Of a stretch of DNA of 64,000 bases, positions 40,905 through 50,923 are shown in pieces. Each line of letters opens with the position of its first letter. The stretch's first letter is position 1. Source of the DNA: Dehalococcoidia bacterium (GTDB lineage: Bacteria > Chloroflexota > Dehalococcoidia > SM23-28-2 > HRBIN24); NCBI GenBank assembly GCA_025062275.1, contig JANXAP010000020.1, forward strand, positions 19,882-83,881, read 5' to 3'. The position numbers were made by a program, and so were the translations under genes. The notes beneath the pieces are model-generated. The model searched no databases. It was not told where the DNA came from and saw nothing but the letters and a program-made list of their open reading frames with translations.

Positions 40905-41384
40905 CTACTGGCGCGGTTCGGTTCGCCCCAGACCGGGAGGCTCTCCGGCTGCTGCCTCCTCGCTGAAGAAGCGGCGCAGAAAGGCGTCCATGCGACGGGT
41001 CAGGGGCCGGGCACCCAGCACCGTCACCACCGTCAGGGCACCCAGCCCGGCCACCAGGTAGAGCTCGATGGCGGCGGCCATGCCGATGCCGGCCGCGGCC
41101 CAGATGCTGGCGGCGGTGGTGATGCCCTTCACCGTGTAGCCCTCACGGAAGATGACCCCTGCCCCCAGGAAACCGATGCCCGTGACGATTCCCGCCGCCA
41201 CCCGGTCATCGCCCGCCAGGAGGCGCGAGACCTCGGTGAACAGGGCCGATCCCAGGGCCACCAGGGCCAGGGTGCGGATGCCGGCCGGGTAGCCCTGCAG
41301 CTCCCGCTGCAGGCCGATGAAGGCCCCCAGAACGGCAGCGAAGGCGAGCCTTCCCACCAGGGCCAGCTGCTCATCCAGCGGCAC
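40905..41384 (-). CDS. MgtC/SapB family protein
   Basis: IGLQRE, AGIRT, RVAAGIVTGIGFLGAG, GITTAASIW. Confidence 0.9.
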   Translation of the reverse strand: MPLDEQLALVGRLAFAAVLGAFIGLQRELQGYPAGIRTLALVALGSALFTEVSRLLAGDDRVAAGIVTGIGFLGAGVIFREGYTVKGITTAASIWAAAGIGMAAAIELYLVAGLGALTVVTVLGARPLTRRMDAFLRRFFSEEAAAGEPPGLGRTEPRQ

Positions 41385-41403
41385 TAGTCCACCAACACCT
41401 TTA

Positions 41404-41426
41404 GGCCCCCCGCTGAGCGGGGGGCC
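41404..41426 (-). terminator. GC-rich hairpin downstream of tRNA
   Basis: GGCCCCCCGC-tga-GCGGGGGGCC 10-bp stem; no U-tract on the minus strand. Confidence 0.4.
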
Positions 41427-41445
41427 CCTCCATCGGCCGCGTCTT

Positions 41446-41521
41446 TGGTGGAGCTGAGGGGACTCGAACCCCTGACCTCCTCAATGCCATTGAGGCGCTC
41501 TCCCAGCTGAGCTACAGCCCC
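41446..41521 (-). tRNA. tRNA-Ala(GGC)
   Basis: GGGGCTGTAGCTCAGCTGGGAGAGCG-CCTCA AT GGC AT TGAGG-AGGTCAGGGGTTCGAGTCCCCTCAGCTCCACCA; 76 nt, encoded CCA. Confidence 0.97.
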
Positions 41522-41532
41522 ACCCAGATGGG

Positions 41533-41561
41533 ATATTAGCAAAGGCGCCCCCGCCCTGCAA
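41533..41561 (-). promoter_or_regulatory. sigma70-type promoter for tRNA-Ala
   Basis: TTGCAG, 17 bp, TAATAT with TGn extension on the minus strand. Confidence 0.55.
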
Positions 41562-41674
41562 GGCGACGCCAGCCGCCCGCGGTACCGCCCCACCGCCTTG
41601 ACTCTGCCGCCCGCTCCGCCCCTATAGTGGGGTGTCGACACGCTGTTCAGCATGCCAGCGGAGGATGCCAGCCC

Positions 41675-42853
41675 ATGCTGGGAAAGCGCTACCGGGTCAT
41701 AGACCTGACCTTCTACGGCCCCGGCAGCTATGCCGCCCGCATCCTGGGAGACTTGGGGTTCGACGTTATCAAGGTCATGGAGCCTCGCGGCCAGCAGAGG
41801 CACCAACTGGAGATACCGATGCGATTTCACAAGGCGCCCAAGCGGGTGCGGGAGCTGGGGCTACGCAACGTCCGCGGCATCACCCTGAACCTGAAGGCCC
41901 CCGAGGGCCAGCAGGTGCTCAAGAGGCTGCTGGCCACCGCCGACGTCGTCCAGGAGGGGTTCCGGCCCGGGGTGGCCCAGAGGCTCGGCGTCGACTACGA
42001 GGCCGTCCGCGCCATCAAGCCCGACATCGTCTACGTATCGGTGACCGGCTACGGACAGACGGGGCCTTATGCCCGACGCGCCGGGCACGACATCAATTAC
42101 CTGGCCGTGAGCGGCTTCCTGGGCCTCAACGGCAGGGAAGGGGGCGAGCCGGCCATCCCCGGCATCGCCGTGGCCGACTACGCCGCCGGCGGGCTGATGG
42201 CGGTGATCCATGTCCTGGCCGGCCTGCTGCGCCGCGAGGTCACCGGCCAGGGGTGCTACTGCGACGTGTCCGTCACCGATGCCGTGTTCGACCTCTCGTC
42301 GTCGGTCATCAACCACTTCTTCGAGTCCGGAGTGGAGCCCAAGCGGGGCTCCACCGTCACCTCCGGCTTCTGGCCCTGGTACAACGTCTACCGCACCAAG
42401 GACGGAGGGCACATCGCCATCGGCGCCGTCGAGCCGTGGTTCTACCAGAACCTGTGCCGCGCCTTGGGCCGCCCCGACCTGGCCGACAAGCAGTGGTCCG
42501 TGGAGTCGCGGCGCAGGGTACGCAACGAGTTCCGGAAGCTCTTCCGCTCCCGCACGCGAGAGGAGTGGGCCCAGCTGCTGGCGGAGGCCGACGTCTGCTT
42601 CTCCCCCGTCAACTCGGTGGCCGAGGCGACCGACGACCCCCAGCTGAGGGAGCGGGGCATGGTCCAGGAGGTCGACCACCCGGTGCACGGACGAATGCTG
42701 GCCGTGGGGTCCGCCCTGCGCATAGACGGCGAAGCCCCGACGCCTCGGCGCTGGCTGGTGAGGCCGGGACAGGACAACGAGGCCGTCCTGGAGGAGCTGG
42801 GCTTCAGCGAGGCCGAGCGCGCCGAGCTGCGGGCCAGGGGCGTCATCGACTGA
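41675..42853 (+). CDS. CaiB/BaiF family III CoA-transferase
   Basis: VIDLT..GPG, EGFRPGV, GHDINY, ADYAAGG. Confidence 0.9.
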   Translation: MLGKRYRVIDLTFYGPGSYAARILGDLGFDVIKVMEPRGQQRHQLEIPMRFHKAPKRVRELGLRNVRGITLNLKAPEGQQVLKRLLATADVVQEGFRPGVAQRLGVDYEAVRAIKPDIVYVSVTGYGQTGPYARRAGHDINYLAVSGFLGLNGREGGEPAIPGIAVADYAAGGLMAVIHVLAGLLRREVTGQGCYCDVSVTDAVFDLSSSVINHFFESGVEPKRGSTVTSGFWPWYNVYRTKDGGHIAIGAVEPWFYQNLCRALGRPDLADKQWSVESRRRVRNEFRKLFRSRTREEWAQLLAEADVCFSPVNSVAEATDDPQLRERGMVQEVDHPVHGRMLAVGSALRIDGEAPTPRRWLVRPGQDNEAVLEELGFSEAERAELRARGVID

Positions 42854-42915
42854 GGCCCCGGCCAGATGCCCCGCCCCTGCCAGAAGCCTCTACAGGATAG
42901 CGAGGAGAAGGGCCC

Positions 42916-43278
42916 TCAGGCCGCTCCCTCCTGCTGGAGTGCCCTGTAGGCCAGCTTGGCCAGGCCGCCCGCCACATGCACCCGCTGCTCCTCCGTCAAC
43001 TCGCCCTTGAGCCGCTCCTCCACAGCCTCCGGCTGGGCGGCCAGCAGGTTACGAACGCTGGCCGTGCTCAGTCCCAGGAAGGAGGCGATCTCGTCGGCCG
43101 TCTTGTGGCCCTCCTCGCGCAGGACTACGGCGTAGGCCGCCTCCATGAGGCTGGGCAGCCAGGTCAGGCGCCGGTGCTCCACCAGGGCACGGGGGCCGCC
43201 CAGCACGTCGATGGCCTTCAGGAACACCCGCATCGCCCTGTCGTCCAGGTCATGCACCTGCGGCGACACCTCAACCAT
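42916..43278 (-). CDS. KaiC-associated probable regulatory HTH protein
   Basis: 'VFLKAIDVLGG..L.E.RRLTWLPSLMEAAY...EIA..LG...HVAGGLAKLAY'; overlaps kaiC-like gene. Confidence 0.75.
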   Translation of the reverse strand: MVEVSPQVHDLDDRAMRVFLKAIDVLGGPRALVEHRRLTWLPSLMEAAYAVVLREEGHKTADEIASFLGLSTASVRNLLAAQPEAVEERLKGELTEEQRVHVAGGLAKLAYRALQQEGAA

Positions 43279-44149
43279 CCGCCTCACCTCCCTTGCCCAG
43301 TTGCGACAGCCTGGGGCCTATGCGAACCAGCCCCGCTGGCGTTATCTCCATGACATGGGTGGCGGTGTCGTGGCCGCAAAGGCGACATCCGTCGATGCGG
43401 AACAGCCGCACCGTCTCGCCCAGCGGGACGCCGTAGAGCCTGGCCTGCTGGGCGCTCAGGACTGTCTGTTTGGCCAGCACCAGGGTGCCGTCCAGGATAT
43501 GGCCCACGGCATACCCTCCCGCTGCCTCGGCGGTCATAGCCTCGTGCCCGCTGCGTTTCTGGGAGATGAGCAGCGCCGTCTGATGCCACTTCTTGAGGAA
43601 GTTGAAGATAGGCCGCACCACATCCCGCGCCAGCATCTCCCGCGCCTCGTAGAGGCCGGTGAGGGAGTCGATGACCACATGCCGCACCCGGTAGGTGCGG
43701 ATGGCATGGGCCAGGGTATCGAAAAAGGTGGGCAGGTCCTGCGCGATGACGCTGTGGCTGGCCCCGTCGACAATGACGATGCGTTGCTGCACCTCCTCGA
43801 AGTCGATGCCCATGGCCTGGGCCCGCTGCCTGAGCCCCATGGCGGCGAACGGTGCGGGACTCTCCAGAGTGACCAGGCAGCAGGTCTCGCCCCGGGCAGC
43901 CTGGGTCAACGCATACTGCTCGGCCAGGAGGCTCTTGCCCGTGTCGGAAACGCCCGTGATCTGCAGGACGCTGTACCTGGGGATGCCTCCCAGGGGTCTC
44001 TGGGCAGGGCGGCCATCGGCCCACTCGGTGACATAGAAGAGGTCGTCCAGGCCCTCGACACCTGTAGGCACCGGCTCCAGCCTGGGGGCCGTGCGGGCCA
44101 CCTCCCCCAGCAGGGCCACGGCGCCTTCGGGCACCACGCGCTCCGCCAC
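43271..44149 (-). CDS. Single-domain KaiC-family ATPase (thermophile/archaeal type)
   Basis: PTGVEGLD, Walker A GVSDTGKS, VIDS, SQKRS, IDGCRLCGH. Confidence 0.85.
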   Translation of the reverse strand: MAERVVPEGAVALLGEVARTAPRLEPVPTGVEGLDDLFYVTEWADGRPAQRPLGGIPRYSVLQITGVSDTGKSLLAEQYALTQAARGETCCLVTLESPAPFAAMGLRQRAQAMGIDFEEVQQRIVIVDGASHSVIAQDLPTFFDTLAHAIRTYRVRHVVIDSLTGLYEAREMLARDVVRPIFNFLKKWHQTALLISQKRSGHEAMTAEAAGGYAVGHILDGTLVLAKQTVLSAQQARLYGVPLGETVRLFRIDGCRLCGHDTATHVMEITPAGLVRIGPRLSQLGKGGEADG

Positions 44150-44497
44150 TCCACTCGCCTCCCCGACCGGGCCTTCCGATTTCTAGGATAACGGACTCCC
44201 ACGCCCGCTCACCGAAGGTCACGCCCGCACACGCTCCGCCAGGGTTGCCGGGGCTATGCGCCCAGCCCCAGGCCACTCATGCGGCCTCACGATACGACGG
44301 CCGGGGGCCCCGACAGCGGGCCGACGTCCTGGCCGCCGAGCGTGCTACATTCGGGCACTGAGCAGCGGCGGGGAGGTCGAAGCGGATGGAAGACACCCGG
44401 AGGGCGTACTGGCTAGAAGAGAACGAAGGGGAGCGGCTGACGACCATCGCCCGGGAGCACGGCATAGAGATCCTGGGCCCGCCGCCCCGGCGAAGTG

Positions 44498-45340
44498 CTA
44501 GTCCAGCGCGCGAAGCCCCTGGATGGCGGCCAGGCGGTGGCGCAGGGCCGACCAGGCGTAGGCCAGGGCGAAGGCGGCCGTGGTCACCAGCACTACATTG
44601 GCCCCGGAGGATATGTCCAGGTAGTAGCTGATGTACATCCCCGCCATCCCCGCTACGGCGCCGATGGCCACCGACAATACCACCAGCCGGTGAAAGCTAT
44701 CGGTCAGCAGGCGGGCCGTCGCAGCCGGTATCACCAGCGCCGCCACCAGCATGGTGACGCCGATGACCTGCATGGACACCACGATGGTGCCGGCCAGGGC
44801 CAGGGCAAAGAGGGCGTCCAGCCAGTGCACCTGCACCCCGTAATAGGCCGCCACCTCCGGGTCGAAGGTCATGAACAGCAGCCGGCGGTAGCACAACAGC
44901 ACGAACACCAGCGCCAGGCCCGTCATAACCGCCACCGCCAGCAGGTCCTGGGGCTGGATGCCCAGCACCTCGCCCAGCAGGGCCGCCTCGAAGTTGCGGG
45001 TGAAGGTGCGGTAACGGCTGATGAGGGCTACCCCCACGGCGAAGCTGGCGGTGGTAATGACGCCGATGACGGCATCGGCCCCCAGGATCCGCCGGCGCTG
45101 CACGGTGGCGTTGATGAGCAAGGCCGAGAGGAACCCCCACAGCCCGGCACCCAGATAGAAATTGAAGGACATGACGTAGCTCACCACCGCCCCACCCAGC
45201 ATGGCATGGGAGAGGCCGTGGCCGATGTAGCTCATACGCCGCAGGACCACGTAGACGCCCATCAGGCCGCAGAGGGCGCCCACCAGCCCCGCGACTATGA
45301 AGCCCCGCACGAAAAAGTCATAGGCGAAGGGCTCAAGCAT
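44498..45340 (-). CDS. Zn/Mn ABC transporter permease
   Basis: RRMSYIGHGLSHA, LLGEVL, FDP, LVIPAATAR. Confidence 0.92.
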   Translation of the reverse strand: MLEPFAYDFFVRGFIVAGLVGALCGLMGVYVVLRRMSYIGHGLSHAMLGGAVVSYVMSFNFYLGAGLWGFLSALLINATVQRRRILGADAVIGVITTASFAVGVALISRYRTFTRNFEAALLGEVLGIQPQDLLAVAVMTGLALVFVLLCYRRLLFMTFDPEVAAYYGVQVHWLDALFALALAGTIVVSMQVIGVTMLVAALVIPAATARLLTDSFHRLVVLSVAIGAVAGMAGMYISYYLDISSGANVVLVTTAAFALAYAWSALRHRLAAIQGLRALD

Positions 45341-46193
45341 CGTCGCCCCCCTGCCCCTGACGGTCGTCCCGACGGCTGCGGGCGAGGTGCTCTTCGTAGT
45401 AGCGGTGGGGACGCTCGGCCACCAGCACCAGCCCTTCGTGGTGGACCACCGTCATGGGCGCGCCGTAAGTCTGGGACATGACCTCGGGCGTGAACACCTG
45501 CGCAGGCGGTCCGTCGGCCACCAGTCGACCGTTGAGGCATATGACCCGCGGCAGGTGAGCGGCCACGGCGTTGATCTCGTGGGTGGTGAGGACGATGGTG
45601 GTGCCATCATGGTTGAGCTCGTGCAGCAGGTGGAGGATGTCGTCCCTGGTCTTGATATCCACCCCGGCGGTCGGCTCGTCCAGCAGCAGCAGCCTGGGCG
45701 AGGCGACCAGGGCGCGGGCCAGGAAGGCCCTCTGCTGCTGTCCTCCCGACAGGGCGCGGATGTGCCTGCCCGCCAGGTGGGCGATGCCCAGCCGCTCCAT
45801 GACGGCGAGGGCACGTTCCCGCTCCTCCCTGGTGGGCCAGGGACGCCAGCCCCGGCTGGCGAAGCCCATCAGCACCACCTGCTCCACCGTCACCGGGAAG
45901 TTCCAGTCCACCGTCTCCACCTGAGGGACATAGCCAGCCGTGCGGCGGCCGCGGTCATGGGGCCTGCCCTCCACCAGCACCTGGCCGCGGTAGAACTCCA
46001 CGGCCCCCAGAATGGCGCGCAGGAAGGTGGTCTTGCCGGCCCCACTGGGGCCCAGCAGGCCCACGAACTCCCCGTCCCAGATGCTGGTGCTGACGTCCAG
46101 CAGGACGGGGGTGCCTCCGTAGCCGCAGGTGACGCCCCTGAACTCCACCAGGGGCGTCCCGCCGCGCGGCTCGTGAGGGAAGGGGTGGAGCAT
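45333..46193 (-). CDS. Zn/Mn ABC transporter ATP-binding protein
   Basis: GPSGAGKTT, GYVPQ, LSGGQQQR, LLLDEP. Confidence 0.93.
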   Translation of the reverse strand: MLHPFPHEPRGGTPLVEFRGVTCGYGGTPVLLDVSTSIWDGEFVGLLGPSGAGKTTFLRAILGAVEFYRGQVLVEGRPHDRGRRTAGYVPQVETVDWNFPVTVEQVVLMGFASRGWRPWPTREERERALAVMERLGIAHLAGRHIRALSGGQQQRAFLARALVASPRLLLLDEPTAGVDIKTRDDILHLLHELNHDGTTIVLTTHEINAVAAHLPRVICLNGRLVADGPPAQVFTPEVMSQTYGAPMTVVHHEGLVLVAERPHRYYEEHLARSRRDDRQGQGGDDA

Positions 46194-46198
46194 GGGCC

Positions 46199-47212
46199 TC
46201 AGTAGCGGGCGTGGCTGCCGTCGCGACAGACCAGGGACGGGTCGACCCTGTCCATGGCGCTGGCATCGCCGCCCAGGGCAGGTATCATGGCCTTCATGTT
46301 CTGAACCATCAGCCCTATGTAGGAGTGCATGCGGTCGCCGGGCTTGCCGGGCAGGTCGTCGTCGGCCAGGTCGGTGACATACCTGGCGCCCGTCTCGCGG
46401 GCTATCTGGTTCAGGACGCGACTAGGGAAGACCTCCGACCCGAAAATGGCCGGCACCCGCTCCTCGCGTATCTGGTCTATGAGCCGCGCCACCTCCTGGG
46501 CCGACGGCTCCGAGAAGTCGGAGGGCTGAATGGCGCCGATGACCTGGAAGCCGTAATCGTCGGCCCAGTAGGCCCAGGAGTCGTGATAGGTGAGCAGCTT
46601 GCGGTTCTGGGGCGGGACGGTGGCCGTGGCCTCGGCCATGGCCCGGTCCAGCTCCTGTAAGCGCTGCCGGAAGGCCTGGTAATTGGCCTCGTAATAGTCG
46701 CGGTTGGCAGGGTCCTTGCGCACCAGCGCATCTCGCACCAGCTCGGCGTAGCGCATGGTCAGGCGCACGCTGGGCCAGAGGTGCGGGTTGGGCTTGCCCT
46801 GCTCGCGGGGGAAGCTGAAGTCGAACTTCCACTGATCGCGGCTGATGGCCTGGTCGCCCAGAAGCACGATCTCGGCATCGGCGCGCTTGTTGGCCTCGGC
46901 CATGTCCAGCAGAGGCTCCTCCAGGAAGAGGCCGTTGAGGATGATGAGGTCGGCCTGAGACAGGGCCCTCGCCACCCCGGAGGGAGGCTCGTAGGTGTGA
47001 GAGTCCTCCCCCTCGGGTATGACGCCGATCAGGTCTATGCGGGCACAGCCGATGTTCTCGACGATGCTGGTGATGGGCGATACGCTGCTTACCACCTTCA
47101 GACGCCCGCTGGACTCGTCGAAGGACATGCCGCTGCCGCCACAGGCGGCAAGAAGGAGGGCCGACAGGGCGAGGAGCGCCGGCCACAGGAGATAGGGGAG
47201 CTTCGACAGCAT
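46199..47212 (-). CDS. Zn/Mn ABC transporter substrate-binding lipoprotein
   Basis: LAAC lipobox, DSHTYEP, NPHLW, YHDSWAY. Confidence 0.92.
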   Translation of the reverse strand: MLSKLPYLLWPALLALSALLLAACGGSGMSFDESSGRLKVVSSVSPITSIVENIGCARIDLIGVIPEGEDSHTYEPPSGVARALSQADLIILNGLFLEEPLLDMAEANKRADAEIVLLGDQAISRDQWKFDFSFPREQGKPNPHLWPSVRLTMRYAELVRDALVRKDPANRDYYEANYQAFRQRLQELDRAMAEATATVPPQNRKLLTYHDSWAYWADDYGFQVIGAIQPSDFSEPSAQEVARLIDQIREERVPAIFGSEVFPSRVLNQIARETGARYVTDLADDDLPGKPGDRMHSYIGLMVQNMKAMIPALGGDASAMDRVDPSLVCRDGSHARY

Positions 47213-47223
47213 CTTTCGCCTCC

Positions 47224-47655
47224 TCACTGGTCTTGCATTCCCCGACATCGACCGCAGAGGCCGAAGATGGCGAAGTGGTCGATGTCGGCGGCGAAGCCGT
47301 GGTCCTCCAGCAGGGCGGTGGCCAGCCCGTCCAGGTAGGAGTTGTCCAGGCGGCTCACCTGGCCACAGCCACGGCAGATGAGATGGTGATGACGGTCGCC
47401 CCGGGTCCACTCGAACTGGGCCTCGCCCCCCAGATGGGCCTCGCTGACCAGGCCCAGCTCCTTGGCCGCCGTGAGGGTGCGGTAAACGGTAGAGGCATCC
47501 ACATACGGGTACTGACGGCGGACCTCCTCCAGGATCTCGGCAGCGGTAACGTGGCGGCCGGCATGGCGCAGCGCCGACAGGATGAGCATGCGCTGGGGGG
47601 TGACCTTCTGTCCCGCCCTCTTGAGGGCTCGCACGGTCTCGGCTTCACAGCCCAT
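47224..47655 (-). CDS. Fur-family regulator (probably Zur)
   Basis: TPQR, STVYRTL, HHHLICxxC, GLCxxC; heads the metal ABC operon. Confidence 0.9.
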   Translation of the reverse strand: MGCEAETVRALKRAGQKVTPQRMLILSALRHAGRHVTAAEILEEVRRQYPYVDASTVYRTLTAAKELGLVSEAHLGGEAQFEWTRGDRHHHLICRGCGQVSRLDNSYLDGLATALLEDHGFAADIDHFAIFGLCGRCRGMQDQ

Positions 47656-47679
47656 GGCCCCTGACACCCCCTGCTGATG

Positions 47680-47726
47680 CAACTGCAATCAACTGCAATT
47701 CTATGCCGAAGCCGTATAGGAGTCAA
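47680..47726 (-). promoter_or_regulatory. sigma70 promoter with overlapping repeat operator
   Basis: TTGACT (47726-47721), 17 bp, TAGAAT (47703-47698); CAACTGCAAT x2 (47680-47699). Confidence 0.7.
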
Positions 47727-48048
47727 GGCCTTCCCGGCAGACACGGTGTCAGGCGGGCAGGTCGGCGGCGGCTGAAGGGAGGCCGCGGCAAGCCGTCACC
47801 GCCGCTGCGGTCGGCAAGCAGAAGGCCCGGAGGGGGGCCGCTGCCCCCTCTGGCGCGATCGCGAAATCGTTGACAAGGGCTGTCCCCAGCGGGGCAAAAT
47901 AGGAGCAAGACCGAGACAGGCTGCGCTACGTGGACTGTCGTTACCACCCTCCGACAGGGGCAGGCGCCGCCCGCCCCGCGAGCTCCATTCGTCCGGCATC
48001 GCCCCAGCGTGACAGCAGCGCCCTGCCAGGGAGAGGAAGGAGGCTACG

Positions 48049-49230
48049 ATGCGCGGGACTTCGGCCATAGTGGGCATAGGCGAGTCCACCTACTACAAGG
48101 CGGGGGCCGCCACCGAGAGCGAGTTCCAGCTCACCTGCACCGCCATAAGGAGGGCGGCCGAGGACGCCGGCATCAGCGTCAAGGACATCGACGGCTTCGT
48201 CTCCTACGCCAACGACCGCAACATCCCCACCAGGCTGGCCACCGCCCTGGGCGTGCGGGAGCTGAGGTTCTCCGGCCTGGCCTGGGACGGAGGGGGCAAC
48301 GGCGTGGCAGGCGCCCTGGCGGTGGCCGACGCCGCCGTCACCGCCGGCTACGCCAACTACGTGGTCTGCTATCGCGGGCTGGCCCAGGGCCAGTTCGGGC
48401 GCTTCGGGCAGGCCCGCGAACGGGGACGCATGCGGGCGGAGGGGCACGAGGCCTTCCGCATCCCCTTCGGCGTGGTGGCCCCGGCCACATGGTACGCCAT
48501 CATCGCCCGGCGCTTCATGTACGAGCACGGCATCACCGAGAACTCCCTGGCCGAGATCGCCCTGGTCTCCTACGACAACGCCCAGCGCAACCCCCGCGCC
48601 GTCCGCTATGGCCGTCCCCTCACCAAGGAGGAGTACCTGCGCTCCCGCTGGATAGTGGAGCCCTTCCGCCTCTACGATTGCTGCCAGGAAAGCGACGGCG
48701 CGGCAGCGGTCATCGTCACCTCCGCCGACCGGGCCCGCGACCACCCCAAGAAGCCCGCCTACATATGGGCCGCCGCCCAGGGGATGGAATACCGGGGGGC
48801 AGCCGGCGGCGCCTTCGGCGCTGGCTACAACGACCCCGAGTTCCCCACCGCACACCTGAAGGTGGTGGCCCGGCAGCTATGGTCGAGAGCAGGCATCGGC
48901 CCCCAGGACGTGCAGGTGGCCCAGTTCTACGAGAACTTTACCGGCATGGTGGTGATGGCCATATGCGAGCTGGGCTTCGCCGACCCCGACGAGGTGGAGG
49001 ACTGGCTGCTGGCGGGCAACATCCGCTGGCCCAACGGCCGGCTGCCCATCAACACCAGCGGCGGCAACCTGGCCGAGGCCTATATCCACGGCTTCGAGCT
49101 GGTCAACGAGGCCGTCCGCCAGGTGCGGGGCGAGTCCACATCACAAGTAGACAACGTGTACTACAGTCTGGTGGTGGCCGGGCCGGGCGCCCTTCCGGCC
49201 AGCGCCGCCATCCTCTCGGCGGAGCGCTAG
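48049..49230 (+). CDS. Thiolase-like protein (Ltp2/SCP-x type, probable aldolase)
   Basis: AIVGIG, DCCQESDGAAA, FYENF, NTSGGNLAEAYIHG; no catalytic Cys in the usual N-terminal position. Confidence 0.85.
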   Translation: MRGTSAIVGIGESTYYKAGAATESEFQLTCTAIRRAAEDAGISVKDIDGFVSYANDRNIPTRLATALGVRELRFSGLAWDGGGNGVAGALAVADAAVTAGYANYVVCYRGLAQGQFGRFGQARERGRMRAEGHEAFRIPFGVVAPATWYAIIARRFMYEHGITENSLAEIALVSYDNAQRNPRAVRYGRPLTKEEYLRSRWIVEPFRLYDCCQESDGAAAVIVTSADRARDHPKKPAYIWAAAQGMEYRGAAGGAFGAGYNDPEFPTAHLKVVARQLWSRAGIGPQDVQVAQFYENFTGMVVMAICELGFADPDEVEDWLLAGNIRWPNGRLPINTSGGNLAEAYIHGFELVNEAVRQVRGESTSQVDNVYYSLVVAGPGALPASAAILSAER

Positions 49231-49276
49231 ACGTGGCCGCCGGCCGAGACGACAGCCAACGGAACGGAGGGACGGG

Positions 49277-49708
49277 ATGAAGCGCTACCTGCCGGAAAGC
49301 TGGCCCCTGCCGGCCCTTACCCCCCTGAACCGCCCCTTCTTCACCAGCGGCCGCATCATGCTGCAGCGCTGCTCGGCCTGCGGCACGGTGCAGCACCCTC
49401 CCGAGGAGGTGTGCCACCGCTGCCTGGGGACCGAGTTCGACTATGTGGCCAGCCAGGGCTATGGCGTCATTTACAGCTACGCCATCCAGCATTACGCCCC
49501 GGCGCCGGTGCTGCAGGAGGTGGTCCCCTTCAACATCGTCCTGGTCCAGCTGGAGGACTTTCCGGAGGTGCGCATCGTCGGCAACGTCATCGACTGTCCG
49601 CCCGAGGAGATCGCCATCGGCCAGAGGGTGCAGGCGGTGTTCGTGCCCGTCACCGACCCGGAGCTGGACGAGACCCTCCTGATCCCGCACTGGGAGAGGG
49701 TGGACTAG
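49277..49708 (+). CDS. DUF35 Zn-ribbon/OB-fold protein
   Basis: QRCxxC...PP...CxxC, GVIYSY, IGQRV. Confidence 0.88.
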   Translation: MKRYLPESWPLPALTPLNRPFFTSGRIMLQRCSACGTVQHPPEEVCHRCLGTEFDYVASQGYGVIYSYAIQHYAPAPVLQEVVPFNIVLVQLEDFPEVRIVGNVIDCPPEEIAIGQRVQAVFVPVTDPELDETLLIPHWERVD

Positions 49709-49996
49709 CGCGGTAACTCGGCGACCCGAGCCGTGCAGCCGCCGCTCAGCTCCTGCCAGCCGCTCCGGCGGTCAGGGTGCCCTGCGAGAAGGCCTGCCCG
49801 GCCATGGCAGGGCCTCGCCCGGAAATCGCCCCCCATCGGGCGAATGAGACCCCGCACCAGAAGCTCCCCACGGTTGGAAGGTCCCGCTGGATCGCCGCCG
49901 CACGGCCCCGAGGGGGGCCGCTGGCGAGGGCGTGGACAGTTATAATGTTTGCGACCGTCGACTCCTCGTCCCGAGGCGTGCTAGCGGAGGGAAGGA

Positions 49997-50923
49997 ATGG
50001 CCAGCGAGACCCCAGGTAGGGCACCAGCGCCACAGCTGCAGGAGGTCTCTCCCGGCATCTATGCCTATCTCCAGCCCGACTGGAGCTGGTTCCTCAACAA
50101 CACTGGCTTCATCGTCGGCCGAAGGGGCGTCATCGCCGTGGACGCCTGCGCCACCGCCGCCCGTACACAGGCGCTGGCGGAGGCGATAGGACGCATCAGC
50201 CGGGCGCCGGTGCGAGCCCTGGTCAACACCCACCACCACGGCGACCACACCTTCGGCAACTATCGCTTCCCCGGGGCAGCCATCATCGCCCACGAGCTGT
50301 GTCGGCGGCACGTCCTGGAGGTAGGGCTGCGGGTGACGGCCCTGGTCCAGGGGGTGGAGTGGGGCGACTTGGAGGTGGACCCGCCCTTCGTCACGTTCCA
50401 GGACAGCATCACCCTCTGGGCCGACGACCTGCGGCTGGAAGTGATCTACGTCGGGCCGGCCCACACCAGCAACGACGTCGTGGTCTGGGTGCCTGAGCGG
50501 CGAGTGCTCTTCGCCGGCGACGTAGTCTTCAAGGGCTGCACCCCGTTCGTGCTGGAAGGGTGTATCGGCCATTACTTCGAGACCCTGGACAGGCTGAGGG
50601 AGCTGGGGCCGGAGGTAGTGGTCCCCGGTCATGGCCCGGTCTGTGGCCCCGAGGCCTTCGGCGAGGTGGAGGGCTATCTGCGCTTCTTACAGGAAAGGGC
50701 CAGGGAGGCCTTGCGGGCCGGCATCACCGACCCGCTGGAGGCGGCGCGGCAGATAGACCTGGGCCCCTACGCCGAGTGGGGCGAGCGGGAGCGCATCGTC
50801 GGCAACCTCGCTCGCGCCTTCTCGGAGCTGAGGGGGGAGCCGCCCTGCCACCCCCTGGACACGCCGGCCATCGTCGCCCAGATGCAGCAATACCTGGGAC
50901 AGCCATTGAGGAGTCTGGCATGA
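49997..50923 (+). CDS. MBL-fold metallo-hydrolase (cyclase-like)
   Basis: NTHHHGDHTFGN, AHT, FAGD, PGHG. Confidence 0.9.
   Translation: MASETPGRAPAPQLQEVSPGIYAYLQPDWSWFLNNTGFIVGRRGVIAVDACATAARTQALAEAIGRISRAPVRALVNTHHHGDHTFGNYRFPGAAIIAHELCRRHVLEVGLRVTALVQGVEWGDLEVDPPFVTFQDSITLWADDLRLEVIYVGPAHTSNDVVVWVPERRVLFAGDVVFKGCTPFVLEGCIGHYFETLDRLRELGPEVVVPGHGPVCGPEAFGEVEGYLRFLQERAREALRAGITDPLEAARQIDLGPYAEWGERERIVGNLARAFSELRGEPPCHPLDTPAIVAQMQQYLGQPLRSLA

Noticed and set aside
41384..41521. tRNA-Ala as an island integration site
   Set aside because: I saw no integrase, duplicated tRNA 3' end or compositional shift; the flanks are mgtC/leuS.
43271..44149. Circadian clock
   Set aside because: Single-domain KaiC with no kaiA or kaiB in the window.
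44386..44631. Small ORF MEDTRRAY...HGIEILGPPP
   Set aside because: It has an SD and a cupin-tail-like phrase but runs over 130 bp into the convergent permease. It may be a remnant; support is insufficient.
47870..47900. Promoter TTGACA for the thiolase-like gene
   Set aside because: The best -10 (CAAAAT) is 19 bp away, too weak to call.
49709..49996. Riboswitch in the gap before the MBL gene
   Set aside because: Only generic GC-rich hairpins; a TATAAT at 49941 suggests a short leader instead.
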